From: an uncultured Planctomycetaceae bacterium
GTDB lineage: Bacteria; Planctomycetota; Planctomycetia; Pirellulales; PALSA-1355
Reading direction: 5' to 3'
Length of the DNA stretch: 64,000 nucleotides
Assembly (NCBI GenBank): GCA_963785305.1
Contig: CAWAUV010000007.1
Span: forward strand, 1,088,001 to 1,152,000
Position numbers and translations under genes: made by a program. This document shows, one piece after another, positions 10,647 through 20,742 of this stretch. The notes under the pieces were generated by a model that had not been told where the DNA came from, did not search any database, and saw only the letters and a list, made by a program, of their open reading frames with translations. Each line of letters begins with the position of its first letter. Position 1 is the first letter of the stretch.

Positions 10647-12235
10647 TCACTGTCGAACCAGAGCCAACACGCGCTGCTGCTCCGCTGCGAGCGGAAAATT
10701 GTCGTAGGTATCGAATCGCTTGGCTTCTTCCACCAGCCGCTTGCCTTCGTCGACCAGCCGCTTCGCCGCCGCCACGGTTTTCGTCGACTGCCGCGTGAGC
10801 TTCCGTTCTTGCTTTTGCACGTTCCCGCGGGCCTCGGCGTCGGCCGCAAGTTCATTCGAGGCATTTTGCGTGATAACCGTGCCGGCCGCGATCAGCGCCT
10901 GACGCCGGCCCTCGAGCGGTAGCATCTGCGCGAGTAGCAAGGTCTGCTGCCGGCCGATGGTCTGCAGGTCGACATTGCCCAATTGAATCGATGTATTAAC
11001 GCTCGCCGCTTGGGCGTTGTAGTCCTGGGGGCTAACGCGCCCAAGTATCGAGTTCAACGACGCCTTGCCGCATTCGGCCGAAAGCTGCAAGATCGCCGCC
11101 TGGGCCGTCAGGATCGCCTGTTGCTCCGTCAATTGGGCAAGCCTCACTTCGATCGCCGCCAACTCCGCCGCGGCGCCTTGGACCGTCTCGGCCTCTTTTT
11201 TCACATGCGTCTCGACTTTTTCGATCTTTTCTTTCTCGCGATCGATCTCCCGTTTGTCGTTTTGCGTCTTTCGGAGCGTGAGTGCTTGGGCCTCGACAGC
11301 AAGCGATTGGGCGTCGCGCACCGCGTCGCCATAGAGCAAGGCGACTTCGTCTTCGGCCTGCAAAAACGCCGCTTCACATGCCTCGCCCACGCTTGCCAGC
11401 GCCGCCGCGCGGGCCTTGGCCAGCCGCTCGGCGCGCTCGCCCTCGAGCTGCTCGATTTTCAAATATGCGGCGGCGCGGCCCATGAGCTCCGCCAACTCGA
11501 GTCGGTCCCGGGCGTCGACCGCGACAGGGTCTTTCGCGACAGGGTCTTTCGCGATAGGGGCCTTCGCGCTTGGGGCTTTCTTATCAGACGATTCCTTCAC
11601 GGTCGCCTCGTTTGCCGGCACTTTCTTATCCGCCTGATTCGCTTCGGCGTCGGCCGAGCGGGCGAGCGTGTCGGCCAACAGCTTGAGATCGTCCAGCGCG
11701 GGGTCGAATGCCCGCCGCTTGAGGTCGACATGGAGCTTGGCCCGCCGAGCACGGTAATCGTCGGGCCGAGCCGCCAAGATCGTTTCGAGCGTCCGCGACG
11801 CTTCGACCGGCCGATGTTGGGCGAGAAGCGCGAGGGCATGGGCATAGGCCAGATCGGCATTGGCCGGGCCGAGCCTTTCCGCGCACGGAGCGAGCCTTTC
11901 CGCGCGTTTGAATTCGGCGTCGAGCCGCTCGCGGGCCGGTCCGGTGGCTTCGGCCGCGGCGGCGAACATGGCCACTACCGCGATCGCCACGGAAGTCGGA
12001 GCGGCGGGAGTCGGAGCGGCGGGAGTTCGCGCGGGCGATGCCTTCGAGTTGGCCGCCTGCTTCGCGCCGCGCCCTCCGGGGCGGTTTTGCGATCCGTGTT
12101 GGCGGCTTTCGCTTTCGGCCGGTTCTCGGCGGCGCTCGCGCTGCCCCGCTCGCCGGAAGCGCTCCCGAGAAGCAAGCCCGCGCGAAGCAGCGCCGCCGCA
12201 AGCCGCATCGTAAATGACGCTCTCGCGAGGGTCAT
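10647..12235 (-). CDS. Hypothetical exported TPR/coiled-coil protein, probable frameshift near 12000-12050
   Basis: ORF 10647..11990 has TPR-like helices and a long coiled coil; a signal-like N-terminus lies in another frame (11975..12307); start uncertain. Confidence 0.6.
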
Positions 12236-12690
12236 GGGTGGCGCCTCAAGGCATCGCGATCCGGGGAGAAGGTGCGCGGGGACAGGCTGGGCAGGCCCGT
12301 CAACCATAATCGACCATCATTCTAGGGATTCTTCCACGCCCCGGTCAACGGCGCCACGACGCCTTGCGAAGACGTAATGCGCAAGGCCAACCTGCGGTTC
12401 ACGATACAACGCCCTTGTCCGGTGCTCATTCCACTCTTCCTCCGTCGTATCCTCGAAGCCCCCGCTCTCGGCGTCTGTAACCGGCTGCAAATTGCATGTT
12501 TTTTTGGCCAAATGACTTACAACTGGACCGCACAATGCGCGATTTCGGCTTCATAAAGATCACGAACATTGCCGAACATCATCAACATGCTCAACATACT
12601 GATTTATCCGAAGACGAGGACAGCGACGTTGGGCAACTGATGTTCCGGTATTGCCCAGGGAAGGGCGCCGAAGCGACATAGGGAGGTGTC

Positions 12691-14593
12691 ATGATGTTCT
12701 TAACACGATCTCCGCGCCGCCAGACGAGCACTCGTGGTCTTGGTCTTGGCGTGGGTAATGGCCAAAGCGTCGCATGCACAGCAGGCGATCGTGCCCGTCG
12801 CGGGCAATTCGTCCAACGCGCCCGCGGCGGCGCCCACGACCGGTGGAACATCGGCGCCCGCCGATTCCGCGATGGCGCTGCCCAGCGAACTGCTCCGGCC
12901 CCTACCGCCCGTGCGGTTGGCGTCGGCAACATCGGCGTCGGTCGATCTCGATCCTTTGCCGGATACCACCGACCAGATTTCCAAAAAAGAAATCATGCGG
13001 CGTTTGGAGCAGACGGAAGCTCAACTGGTCTCACTCCGAGCCCAGCTCGCCACGGCCGCCAATGGCAACGTGAATATCCAACAGCAAGGCGGCAACTCGA
13101 GCGGGGGGCCGCCGATGGGTGTCGAAGACCGCATTAACGCGCTCGAGGGGGCCACGCCCGAAAGGTTGCCCCGTGTTCAAACCCAGCTCCAGAGCCCGAG
13201 CGGCGACCCGCCGACGGGCGTCGAAGACCGGATCAGGGCGCTTGAGAAGGCCGCCAAGGCCGCGGGCGAAAATTACCCGCTGGTCCGCTTGAGCGGCTTC
13301 TCTCAGTTGGACAGCGCGACGTACTCGCAAGACCTCGCCAGTCGAAGGACCTACGGCGATATGCAAAATGGCACGGGCTTCCGCCGAGCGCGTTTGCAAG
13401 CGTTGGGCAGCCTGACCGAGTTTACCAAGTTCAGCATCGAAATGGACTTCGCGGCGGCGGGGCGTCCCAGCTTCCTCGATGTGTGGGCGGAACAGACCCA
13501 TCTCGGCTGGCTCGGCACGATCCGCGTCGGTCAATTCCGCCAACCCACGACGATGGACGCATGGACGAGCGTGCGCCACTTGGAATTCATGGAACGCAGC
13601 AATGCCTTCCAAGCGATGGACCCTTTCCGCCGCGTGGGCATTATGTCCTACAATCTCTCGGAAAATAGTCGCACCCTCTGGGCCGGCAGCGTGTATTTGA
13701 CCGGATACACCTTTCTAAACCCGACCACCGCCGTCGAAAACTACGGCACGTTGGGAGATTCCCGGTTCGGGACCTATGTGGGCGACAATGGAGGCGTGTC
13801 GACCGCCTACCGCGTCACGCACCTGTTGTGGTTCGACGACCTCACCGATGGCCGATCCCTGTTTCATGTCGGCGCCGGTTACAACTACAGCAATATCGGC
13901 GGCAATGGCGGCGCCCCGGGCTCCACCAACGGTCATACCTACGATGCCCGCTCCATTCCCGGCGTTTTCGTCGGAGATCCGGAAACCGCGGGAGTCACGG
14001 CCAACAGCACGCCCTATGTGACGAATACCGGCTTGCTCGCCGCGAAGAGCTTCGATTACTGGCACACGGAGCTCGCGGGCCAATATGGCGCCGCGCACTT
14101 CCAGTCGGAGTTCATGGCCACGCAACTCGAAACGATCGGCCATGGCCAAGCGCTGCTCACCGGCATGTATTTCCAAAGCGGCTATTTTCTCACCGGCGAA
14201 CAGTGCGGCTATAACAAATTGTCGGGCGTCATGGATTACAACGTCAAACCATATAGCCAATTTTTCGGTCTAGGAAACGGCCGCGGAATCGCGGGCTGGG
14301 GCGCCTGGGAAGCGGCCTACCGGTTCGACTATACCGACATGCCCTATGTGACCGGCGCCGTGGCCCCGCCGAGCGCGGCGGCGGTCGCCGCCGGCACGAC
14401 AAACGCCGGCACAAGCTCCACGAACCCCAATCCGGGCGAACTGTATATGAACACCCTCGCCCTCAATTGGTGGTGGAATCAGTACACTCGCGTACAATTC
14501 AACTATCACAACGTGTACAATCAAGGAACCTTCGCGGTGTATGGCAATAGCCACACGAACATTTACGCCGCGCGATTCCAGATCGAGTTTTAA
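12691..14593 (+). CDS. OprO/OprP-family phosphate-selective porin
   Basis: GFRRARL, IRVGQFRQP, LEFMERS, GYFLTGE, GAWEAAYRFDY, LNWWWN and terminal ARFQIEF; GGGAGG RBS before ATG 12691 but the main frame starts at 12734, so an N-terminal indel is probable. Confidence 0.88.
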
Positions 14594-14674
14594 GCGGCGA
14601 AGAAGCTTTGGCATATCCGCTGCCGCCCGCGCGCCATTTACGAGCGAGGCGCCACGAGCTTCTCGGATGCGCTC

Positions 14675-15439
14675 TTAACGCGCACAGCGCGCACGCTTCC
14701 GCGCTGTGAGAAGGGCCAGGGTCGCGCCGAGACCACCGAGCCCGAGCAGAGTGGCCGAAGCCGGCTCCGGAACGACCGACGTGATCGTCAGATCGCTGGC
14801 GTTGCCCGCGTAGAACGGCGTTGGATTGGCTCCGGGACTGACCGCGAGATGGATCGCTCCGAATCCCCCGAATGTTGTTGCGGCGAGCGAACCGACCGCG
14901 ATGCCATTCACCGCGAACGTCATCGTATTGTTGGAATCGGTGACCTGCAGCAGGTAGTCCGTCAATGCCGTGGCCGGCGCCGAACCAATGACAGTGCCCG
15001 ATCCGTTGGAGCCGCTGTTGGTGAAATAGGCGTTCCAAACGCCACTGGATAAGCCAATTTGAATCTGATCGGCATTTCCGCCATTGGTCGAGAGTAGATA
15101 TCCTGCGGTCGTCGACGAAGGTTGGGCGTAGATGCTGACTGTGAAGTTGTCGGTCGGCAACGTATTTGAGCCGGCGGCAATGCCGTAGAAGCCGCCGGTG
15201 CCGGTAAAGGCGCTCGAACTCGAACTCGGGCCGCCGATCGCCGGGCCGGTCGGGCCGCCGCCGGAGCCATAGGGATTATTAAAGTTATGACCGCCCACGG
15301 AATCGGCGGGCATGCCCGTATTGCCGCCGGTATAACTTCCCGCGCCCAGCGACCAATCGGCGTAAACGATCGGATTGGCCGAAGCCACGCCCGCCGACGC
15401 GATAACCGCAAGAACGATCGCGAACTCAAATGATCGCAT
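14675..15439 (-). CDS. PEP-CTERM sorting-domain protein with a LamG/concanavalin-like passenger
   Basis: Signal peptide; Gly/Ser/Thr-rich beta domain; C-terminal VPEPASATLLGLGGLG + TM + RKRAR. Confidence 0.88.
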   Translation of the reverse strand: MRSFEFAIVLAVIASAGVASANPIVYADWSLGAGSYTGGNTGMPADSVGGHNFNNPYGSGGGPTGPAIGGPSSSSSAFTGTGGFYGIAAGSNTLPTDNFTVSIYAQPSSTTAGYLLSTNGGNADQIQIGLSSGVWNAYFTNSGSNGSGTVIGSAPATALTDYLLQVTDSNNTMTFAVNGIAVGSLAATTFGGFGAIHLAVSPGANPTPFYAGNASDLTITSVVPEPASATLLGLGGLGATLALLTARKRARCAR

Positions 15440-15492
15440 GGCGATTCATCCTGGGGAGCAACACATTTCGGGAGATTCGGCGCTAAGCCCTA

Positions 15493-16714
15493 GTGCGGCA
15501 TCAAGCGTAAGAAATGGGGTTGCGGATTTCAAGGATTGATGAGAAACCTTCGGTAACAAGGAGGTGTCCCATGTACAAGAAGTACATCGTGCGGTTGTCC
15601 GATGAGGAGCGCGGCGTTTGCCGGGAGGTCGTCAAGAAGCTCAAGGGGTCGTCGCAAAAGGCACGCCGGGCGCGGATTCTGCTCAAGGCCGATGCCGCTG
15701 GGCCGGGGTGGCCGGATGCGAAGATCGCCGAGGCATTCGATTGCCGCGTGCAGACGATCGAGAATCTCCGCAAGCGGTTGGTCACGGAGGGCTTTGAGTT
15801 GGCCTTGGATGGCAAGAAGCGCCCGTCGCCGCCCACGCCGCCCAAGCTCGATGGCGAAGGTGAAGCGAAGCTGATCGCCATGCGGTTGGGCAAGCCGCCC
15901 GCGGGTTACGGACGCTGGACCTTGCAACTGCTCGCCGACGAACTGGTTGCCCTGGAGGTGGTCGATTCGATTAGTGACGAGACCGTCCGCAAGACGCTAA
16001 AAAAAACGGCATGACCAAGCGCAAGATCGAGTACTGGGTGATCCCGCCGGAGCAAGATGGCGAGTTCGTCGCCTGCATGGAAGAAGTGCTCGAAACCTAT
16101 GCCCAGGCGTACGATCCGCGGCAACCGGTGTTGTGCATGGACGAGCAACCGGTCCAGTTGCTCAAGGAAACACGGATGCCGATCCCGGCCACGAAGGAGC
16201 ACGGCCAGCGGGTCGATTACGAGTACGAGCGCAACGGCACAGCCAGCATCTTCATGTTCGCCGAGCCGCTCTCGGGATTCCGTCAGGCGACGGCTCGCGC
16301 CCGGCGGACCAAGGAAGACTGGGCGATCGAAGTCGCCGAACTACTGGACGGGCGCTATGCCGACTGCGCGAAAGTGACGCTGGTATGCGACAACCTCAAT
16401 ACCCACACCAAGGGAGCGTTTTACGAAGCGTTCGAAGCGGAACGTGCCCGTGGATACGTGCAACGGATCGACTTCTGCTACACGCCGAAGCACGGCAGTT
16501 GGCTGAATGTCGCTGAATGCGAGTTGAGCTGCCTGACCAGCCAGTGCCTTCGGGGCCGTCGCATCGGCGAGCTCAACGATCTGCAACGCGAAATCGGCAT
16601 CTGGTCCGACAAAACCAACGCCAAGCAGCGCGGCGTCGATTGGCAGTTCCGCATCGAAAATGCCCGCACGAAACTGAAACGCCTCTACCCACAAATCAAG
16701 ACTTGATGCCGCAC
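15493..16714 (+). mobile_element. IS630-family insertion sequence
   Basis: 13-bp perfect terminal inverted repeats GTGCGGCATCAAG (15493-15505) and CTTGATGCCGCAC (16702-16714), flanked by duplicated TA in a CTAG context. Confidence 0.95.
15571..16706 (+). CDS. IS630 transposase (orfA HTH + orfB DDE, joined by a -1 shift at an A8 tract, 15999-16006)
   Basis: orfA MYKKYIVRLS after an AAGGAGG RBS; orfB motifs CMDEQP, VCDNLNTH, TPKHGSWLNVAECE. Confidence 0.93.
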
Positions 16715-16898
16715 TAGATTGAAATATTATCATGCGGGTTTGCCGCATACAAGCGCGAGGAACGCCAACCTCTCGGAATCCCGGAATTGTTTTCCAGCGG
16801 CCCGACGGGGCCGAATCGGCTCCCGGGAACCGCCCAACCGCCGAAACCCGCCCCGGCGGATCGCATTTCTCGCTTGTAGCAATTCGCCGGATCGGTTT

Positions 16899-18036
16899 CT
16901 ACGCTCGGGCCGTCATATGCTCCGCCGCGCGCCATTGGCCGCCTTCGCGGACCACGCGGTGATACAGCGTGTCGCGCTCCACCGGCTCGCAGCCGGCTTC
17001 CAAAATCAGCCGCCGGATCTCCTCGACGCTCAGCGCCTCGGGCGTGGTCGCGCCGGCGTCGTGGTAGATCAGTTCATGCCGCACGGTGCCATCGAGGTCG
17101 TCGGCGCCGTAGGCGAGCGCAGTCTGCGCCGTGCCGATGCCGAGCATAATCCAATAGGCTTTCACATGGTCGAAGTTGTCGAGCATCAGCCGGCTCACGG
17201 CCATCGTGCGCAGGTCCAACAGGCCCGAGGGCTTTTTCAAATGCTTGAGCCCGGTGTTGTCGGGATGAAACGCCAGCGGGATGAAAGTTTGGAAGCCGCC
17301 GGTTTCGTCTTGCGAGCGCGCGGAGGCGGAGCAGGTGGTCGACTCGGTGCAAGGCGTTTTCCAAGTGTCCATAGAGCATCGTGGCATTGGAGCGGAGCCC
17401 GCTTTCGTGGGCCGCGCGATGGATGTCGAGCCAGCGGTTCGAGTCGGCTTTGTGTTCGCAGATTTTGTCGCGCACATCGTCATGAAAGATTTCCGCTCCG
17501 CCGCCCGGGAGGCTGCCGACGCCGGCTTCCTTCAGGTCGGCGATGATTTCGCGCACCGGCTTGCTTGTGATGCGCGTGAACCAATCGATCTCGACCCCGG
17601 TCCAGGCCTTGAGATGCAGTCGCGGATAAGCTTCGTGCAGAATGCGAATCACATGCAGGTACCAGTCGTATTTCATTTTGTGATGCAAGCCGCCCACGAT
17701 GTGCATCTCGGTGGCGCCGATCTCGGTGGCCTCTTGGCCCCGGGCAAGGATTTGCTCGTCGCTCATCAGGTAGCCGCGCGGATCTTTGAGATCGGAGCGA
17801 AAGGCGCAGAACACGCAGCGATACACGCACACGTTCGTGGGATTCAAATGCGTGTTGATGTTGTAGTAGGCGACGCGGCCGTTCTTGCGCTCGCGCACCA
17901 AGTTGGCCAGTTCGCCCACGGCGCCGAGCGGAGTCTCGGGCCGATAGAGAAACAGTCCGTCGTCGAGCGTCAGCCGCTCGCCGGCTTCGACTTTGCCGCG
18001 AATCGATTCGAGTGTTGGTTCAGGAGCGCGAATCAT
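16899..18036 (-). CDS. mqnE: Aminofutalosine synthase (radical SAM), frameshift near 17320
   Basis: [15 protein letters not shown]xxxCxx[47 protein letters not shown]. Confidence 0.92.
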
Positions 18037-18061
18037 GATAAGTTCCAAATCGAAAGAGCTG

Positions 18062-19099
18062 CTAGAATACAAACAAATCCAATGTGCCCAGCGCGAAGAG
18101 CCCCAGGCTCACCACGGCGTTGACATGAAAAAACGCTTGGTTCACACGGGCCAAGTCGTCGGGCCGAACGAGTGAGTGTTCATAAATGAGTAGTCCCGCC
18201 ACGCCCGCCACGGCTAAATAATAGACGAGACCAAACTCGGGATACACGCTCGGTAGCGCCGCGAGAGCCACGAGCATCCCAGCGTGGCAGAGCGCCGCCA
18301 GCCGCAGCGCTCCCGCCACTCCCCACCGGGCCGGAATACTATGCAGCCCGGTTATTCGATCGTGGTCGGCGTCTTGGCAAGCGTAGATCATGTCGAACCC
18401 GGCGGTCCAGAGAAGCACCGCCACGCCCAGCACCACGGCCGGCAAGAGATCGGCCGGCCGGGCCATGACTTCCGCCCCGCGCACGGCGATCCAGGCCGCC
18501 ACCGGCGCGAGCATGAGCGAAGCTCCCAGCCAAAAATGCGCCAGCGCCGTAAATCGCTTCGTCAAACTATAGCCGAGCAAAAACAGCAGCACCGGAACCG
18601 ACAAATAAAGCGGCAGCCGGTTCGGCAAGAATAAGAGAGTCGAGGCGATGAACCCCAGGGCGCAACACCCGGCGAACACGCCCACGGCGCCGACGCTCAA
18701 AATGCCGCGCGGAATATGCCGCCCGGCCGTCCGCGGATTCTCGGAATCGAAACGCCAATCGGCAATGCGGTTAAACGCCATCGCCGCGCTGCGGGCCGCG
18801 ACCATGCACAGCAAAATGCCCAATCCTTCGCGCCAGAGCGGCGTCGGGGGCGAAGCGACCGTCGCGGACGCGAGCGTATCCGATTCAAACGGCGCGACGA
18901 CGCGCAAACGCCACGCCATCGCCGCTGAAAGAAACGCGAAGGGCAGCGCGAACAAGGTGTGACTGAATCGAATCAGCTCCAAAATCCCCCGCAGCCTGCC
19001 GAAAAAGCCGAGCGGTGGAGTTTGGATCGTCGGCGCGTTGGGCGAGGCCGGCGCCGTGGGCAAAGATGTCGATGAACTGGCGTGCATACTTCGCTTCAT
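18062..19099 (-). CDS. mqnP: UbiA-like polyprenyltransferase of the futalosine pathway
   Basis: IRFSHTLFALPFA, ARSAAMAFNRIADWRFDSENPRTAGRHIP, GFDMIYACQD; located in the menaquinone cluster. Confidence 0.88.
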   Translation of the reverse strand: MKRSMHASSSTSLPTAPASPNAPTIQTPPLGFFGRLRGILELIRFSHTLFALPFAFLSAAMAWRLRVVAPFESDTLASATVASPPTPLWREGLGILLCMVAARSAAMAFNRIADWRFDSENPRTAGRHIPRGILSVGAVGVFAGCCALGFIASTLLFLPNRLPLYLSVPVLLFLLGYSLTKRFTALAHFWLGASLMLAPVAAWIAVRGAEVMARPADLLPAVVLGVAVLLWTAGFDMIYACQDADHDRITGLHSIPARWGVAGALRLAALCHAGMLVALAALPSVYPEFGLVYYLAVAGVAGLLIYEHSLVRPDDLARVNQAFFHVNAVVSLGLFALGTLDLFVF

Positions 19100-19133
19100 G
19101 AAAACAAAGAGCGTTCCCGGCCGCTTGCGAATT

Positions 19134-19775
19134 TCAACTTCCCCAGCGCCGCATCAAACGATGTTCGATTTCGAACTGATCGCAAATCCTCGCCACCACG
19201 AAATCGACCAAATCGGCGATCGTCGTCGGCCCATGATAAAAACCGGGCATGGCCGGCAGCAAAATCGCTCCGGCCTCGGCGGCCCGTTGCATGTTGCCAA
19301 GCTGAATCAGCGAGAGCGGCGTCTCGCGCGGCACAAGCACCAGCTTGCGACGCTCCTTCAAGTGTACTTGGGCCGCGCGGTGAATCAGATTGTCGCCCGT
19401 GCCATGCACGATGGCGCCCAAAGTGCTTCCGGAACAGGGGCACACGATCATGCCGGCCGTGCGAAACGAGCCGCTGGCGATCGGCGCCATGAGATCGTCG
19501 TGGTGATGATAATGAATTCGGCCGGAGCCTTCGCCCATTGCCGGGCGCTCGTCGGTTGCCGGGCGATCGCTCGCCGCGCGTGGCAGGAGCCGGCGCGGGT
19601 CGAAATCAGCCAGATCGACCTCGAGGCCGAGCTCGTGGCTCAACACGAGTCCGGCCGAGCGGCTGATGCTCACATGCGTTTCGTAGCCGGCGACGACAAG
19701 CACTTCGAGCAGCCGTTGGGCATACGCCACGCCGCTCGCGCCGGTGATGCCGAGCACCATTGAGCGCGAGGTCAT
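19134..19775 (-). CDS. ubiX: Flavin prenyltransferase
   Basis: VLGITGASG, APIASGSF, PCSGSTL, LKERRKLVLVPRETPL, PAMPGFY. Confidence 0.95.
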   Translation of the reverse strand: MTSRSMVLGITGASGVAYAQRLLEVLVVAGYETHVSISRSAGLVLSHELGLEVDLADFDPRRLLPRAASDRPATDERPAMGEGSGRIHYHHHDDLMAPIASGSFRTAGMIVCPCSGSTLGAIVHGTGDNLIHRAAQVHLKERRKLVLVPRETPLSLIQLGNMQRAAEAGAILLPAMPGFYHGPTTIADLVDFVVARICDQFEIEHRLMRRWGS

Positions 19776-20608
19776 TTGAGCCCCACATACAAAGTCGCGA
19801 CTCCAAACGAGAGCGGCCAGAACCGCACTTCGCGGAGTCCCGCCTCGCGAAACAGGTCGGCCAGCGCCTGACCATGGGGAAATTGCCCCACGCTCTCTGG
19901 CAAATAGTTGTAAGCCGCCTGACGATTGCGGCCGAGCGCTTGGCCGATCCTCGGCAGGATATTGCGGAAGTACCAGAGGTAGAGCGCCCGCAGCGGCGCC
20001 CAACCGGGCAGCGAAAACTCGAGCACCACGAGCCGCCCGTCTTGGGCCAACACGCGGGCCATCTCGGCGATGCCCCGGCGGGTATCGCTCACATTTCTGA
20101 GGCCGAACGCCACGGAGACGATCTGAAAATGCTCGTCGGGAAAGGGCAGGTGTTCCGTGTCGGCCTCGACAAATCGCACCCCGGCCGCTGGCTCGCGATC
20201 CACCCCCCGTTCGCAACTTGCCGACCCGCTCGACGCGTCGCCGGATTCGCGGGCCGTGAAGTCATCGCCGGGGCTGGCGGCGCCGGCTCGAACCGCCTTG
20301 GCCAGCCCGCGAACCAGCATCGGATAGCAAAAATCGGCGGCGACCACCGGAGTGCGGCCGCGGCCCCGTTTCCAATACGCGATCGCCAGATCACCGGTGC
20401 CGGTGCATACATCGAGCACCGGCGCCGGGCCCACGGGCGGCGCTTTGCGCACCGTGAGCCAGCGCCAGTAATAGTCCGTGCCGGCCGAAAGCAGGTGATT
20501 CAATAAATCATACCGCGGGGCGATTTCGGCGAACATCTGCCGCACGCGGGCCGAGGATTTGTCGACCGGCGCCGCGCGCTCGTCGAGTGTCAGTGTTTCA
20601 TCGGGCAT
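19772..20608 (-). CDS. menG: Demethylmenaquinone methyltransferase (UbiE/MenG)
   Basis: MFAEIAPRYDLLNHLLS, VLDVCTGTGD, VAFGLRNV, LEFS, AYNYLPESV. Confidence 0.93.
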   Translation of the reverse strand: MPDETLTLDERAAPVDKSSARVRQMFAEIAPRYDLLNHLLSAGTDYYWRWLTVRKAPPVGPAPVLDVCTGTGDLAIAYWKRGRGRTPVVAADFCYPMLVRGLAKAVRAGAASPGDDFTARESGDASSGSASCERGVDREPAAGVRFVEADTEHLPFPDEHFQIVSVAFGLRNVSDTRRGIAEMARVLAQDGRLVVLEFSLPGWAPLRALYLWYFRNILPRIGQALGRNRQAAYNYLPESVGQFPHGQALADLFREAGLREVRFWPLSFGVATLYVGLK

Positions 20609-20742
20609 GAGCAATCGGTGTCCCTCGAACACGGTCCGAGCCGCCGCCGCGACCGATCGAGAATCCTCTCGATCGGTCGGGCCGCCGTTTTTCACGATCG
20701 GGCCGCGCTCCTTAAGAAGCAACTGTGTTTCAATCGTTGATC

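Noticed and set aside
12470..12610. Pho box upstream of the phosphate-type porin
   Set aside because: The TCAACAT and CTG(T/C)AA repeats lack the 11-bp periodicity and CTGTCAT consensus
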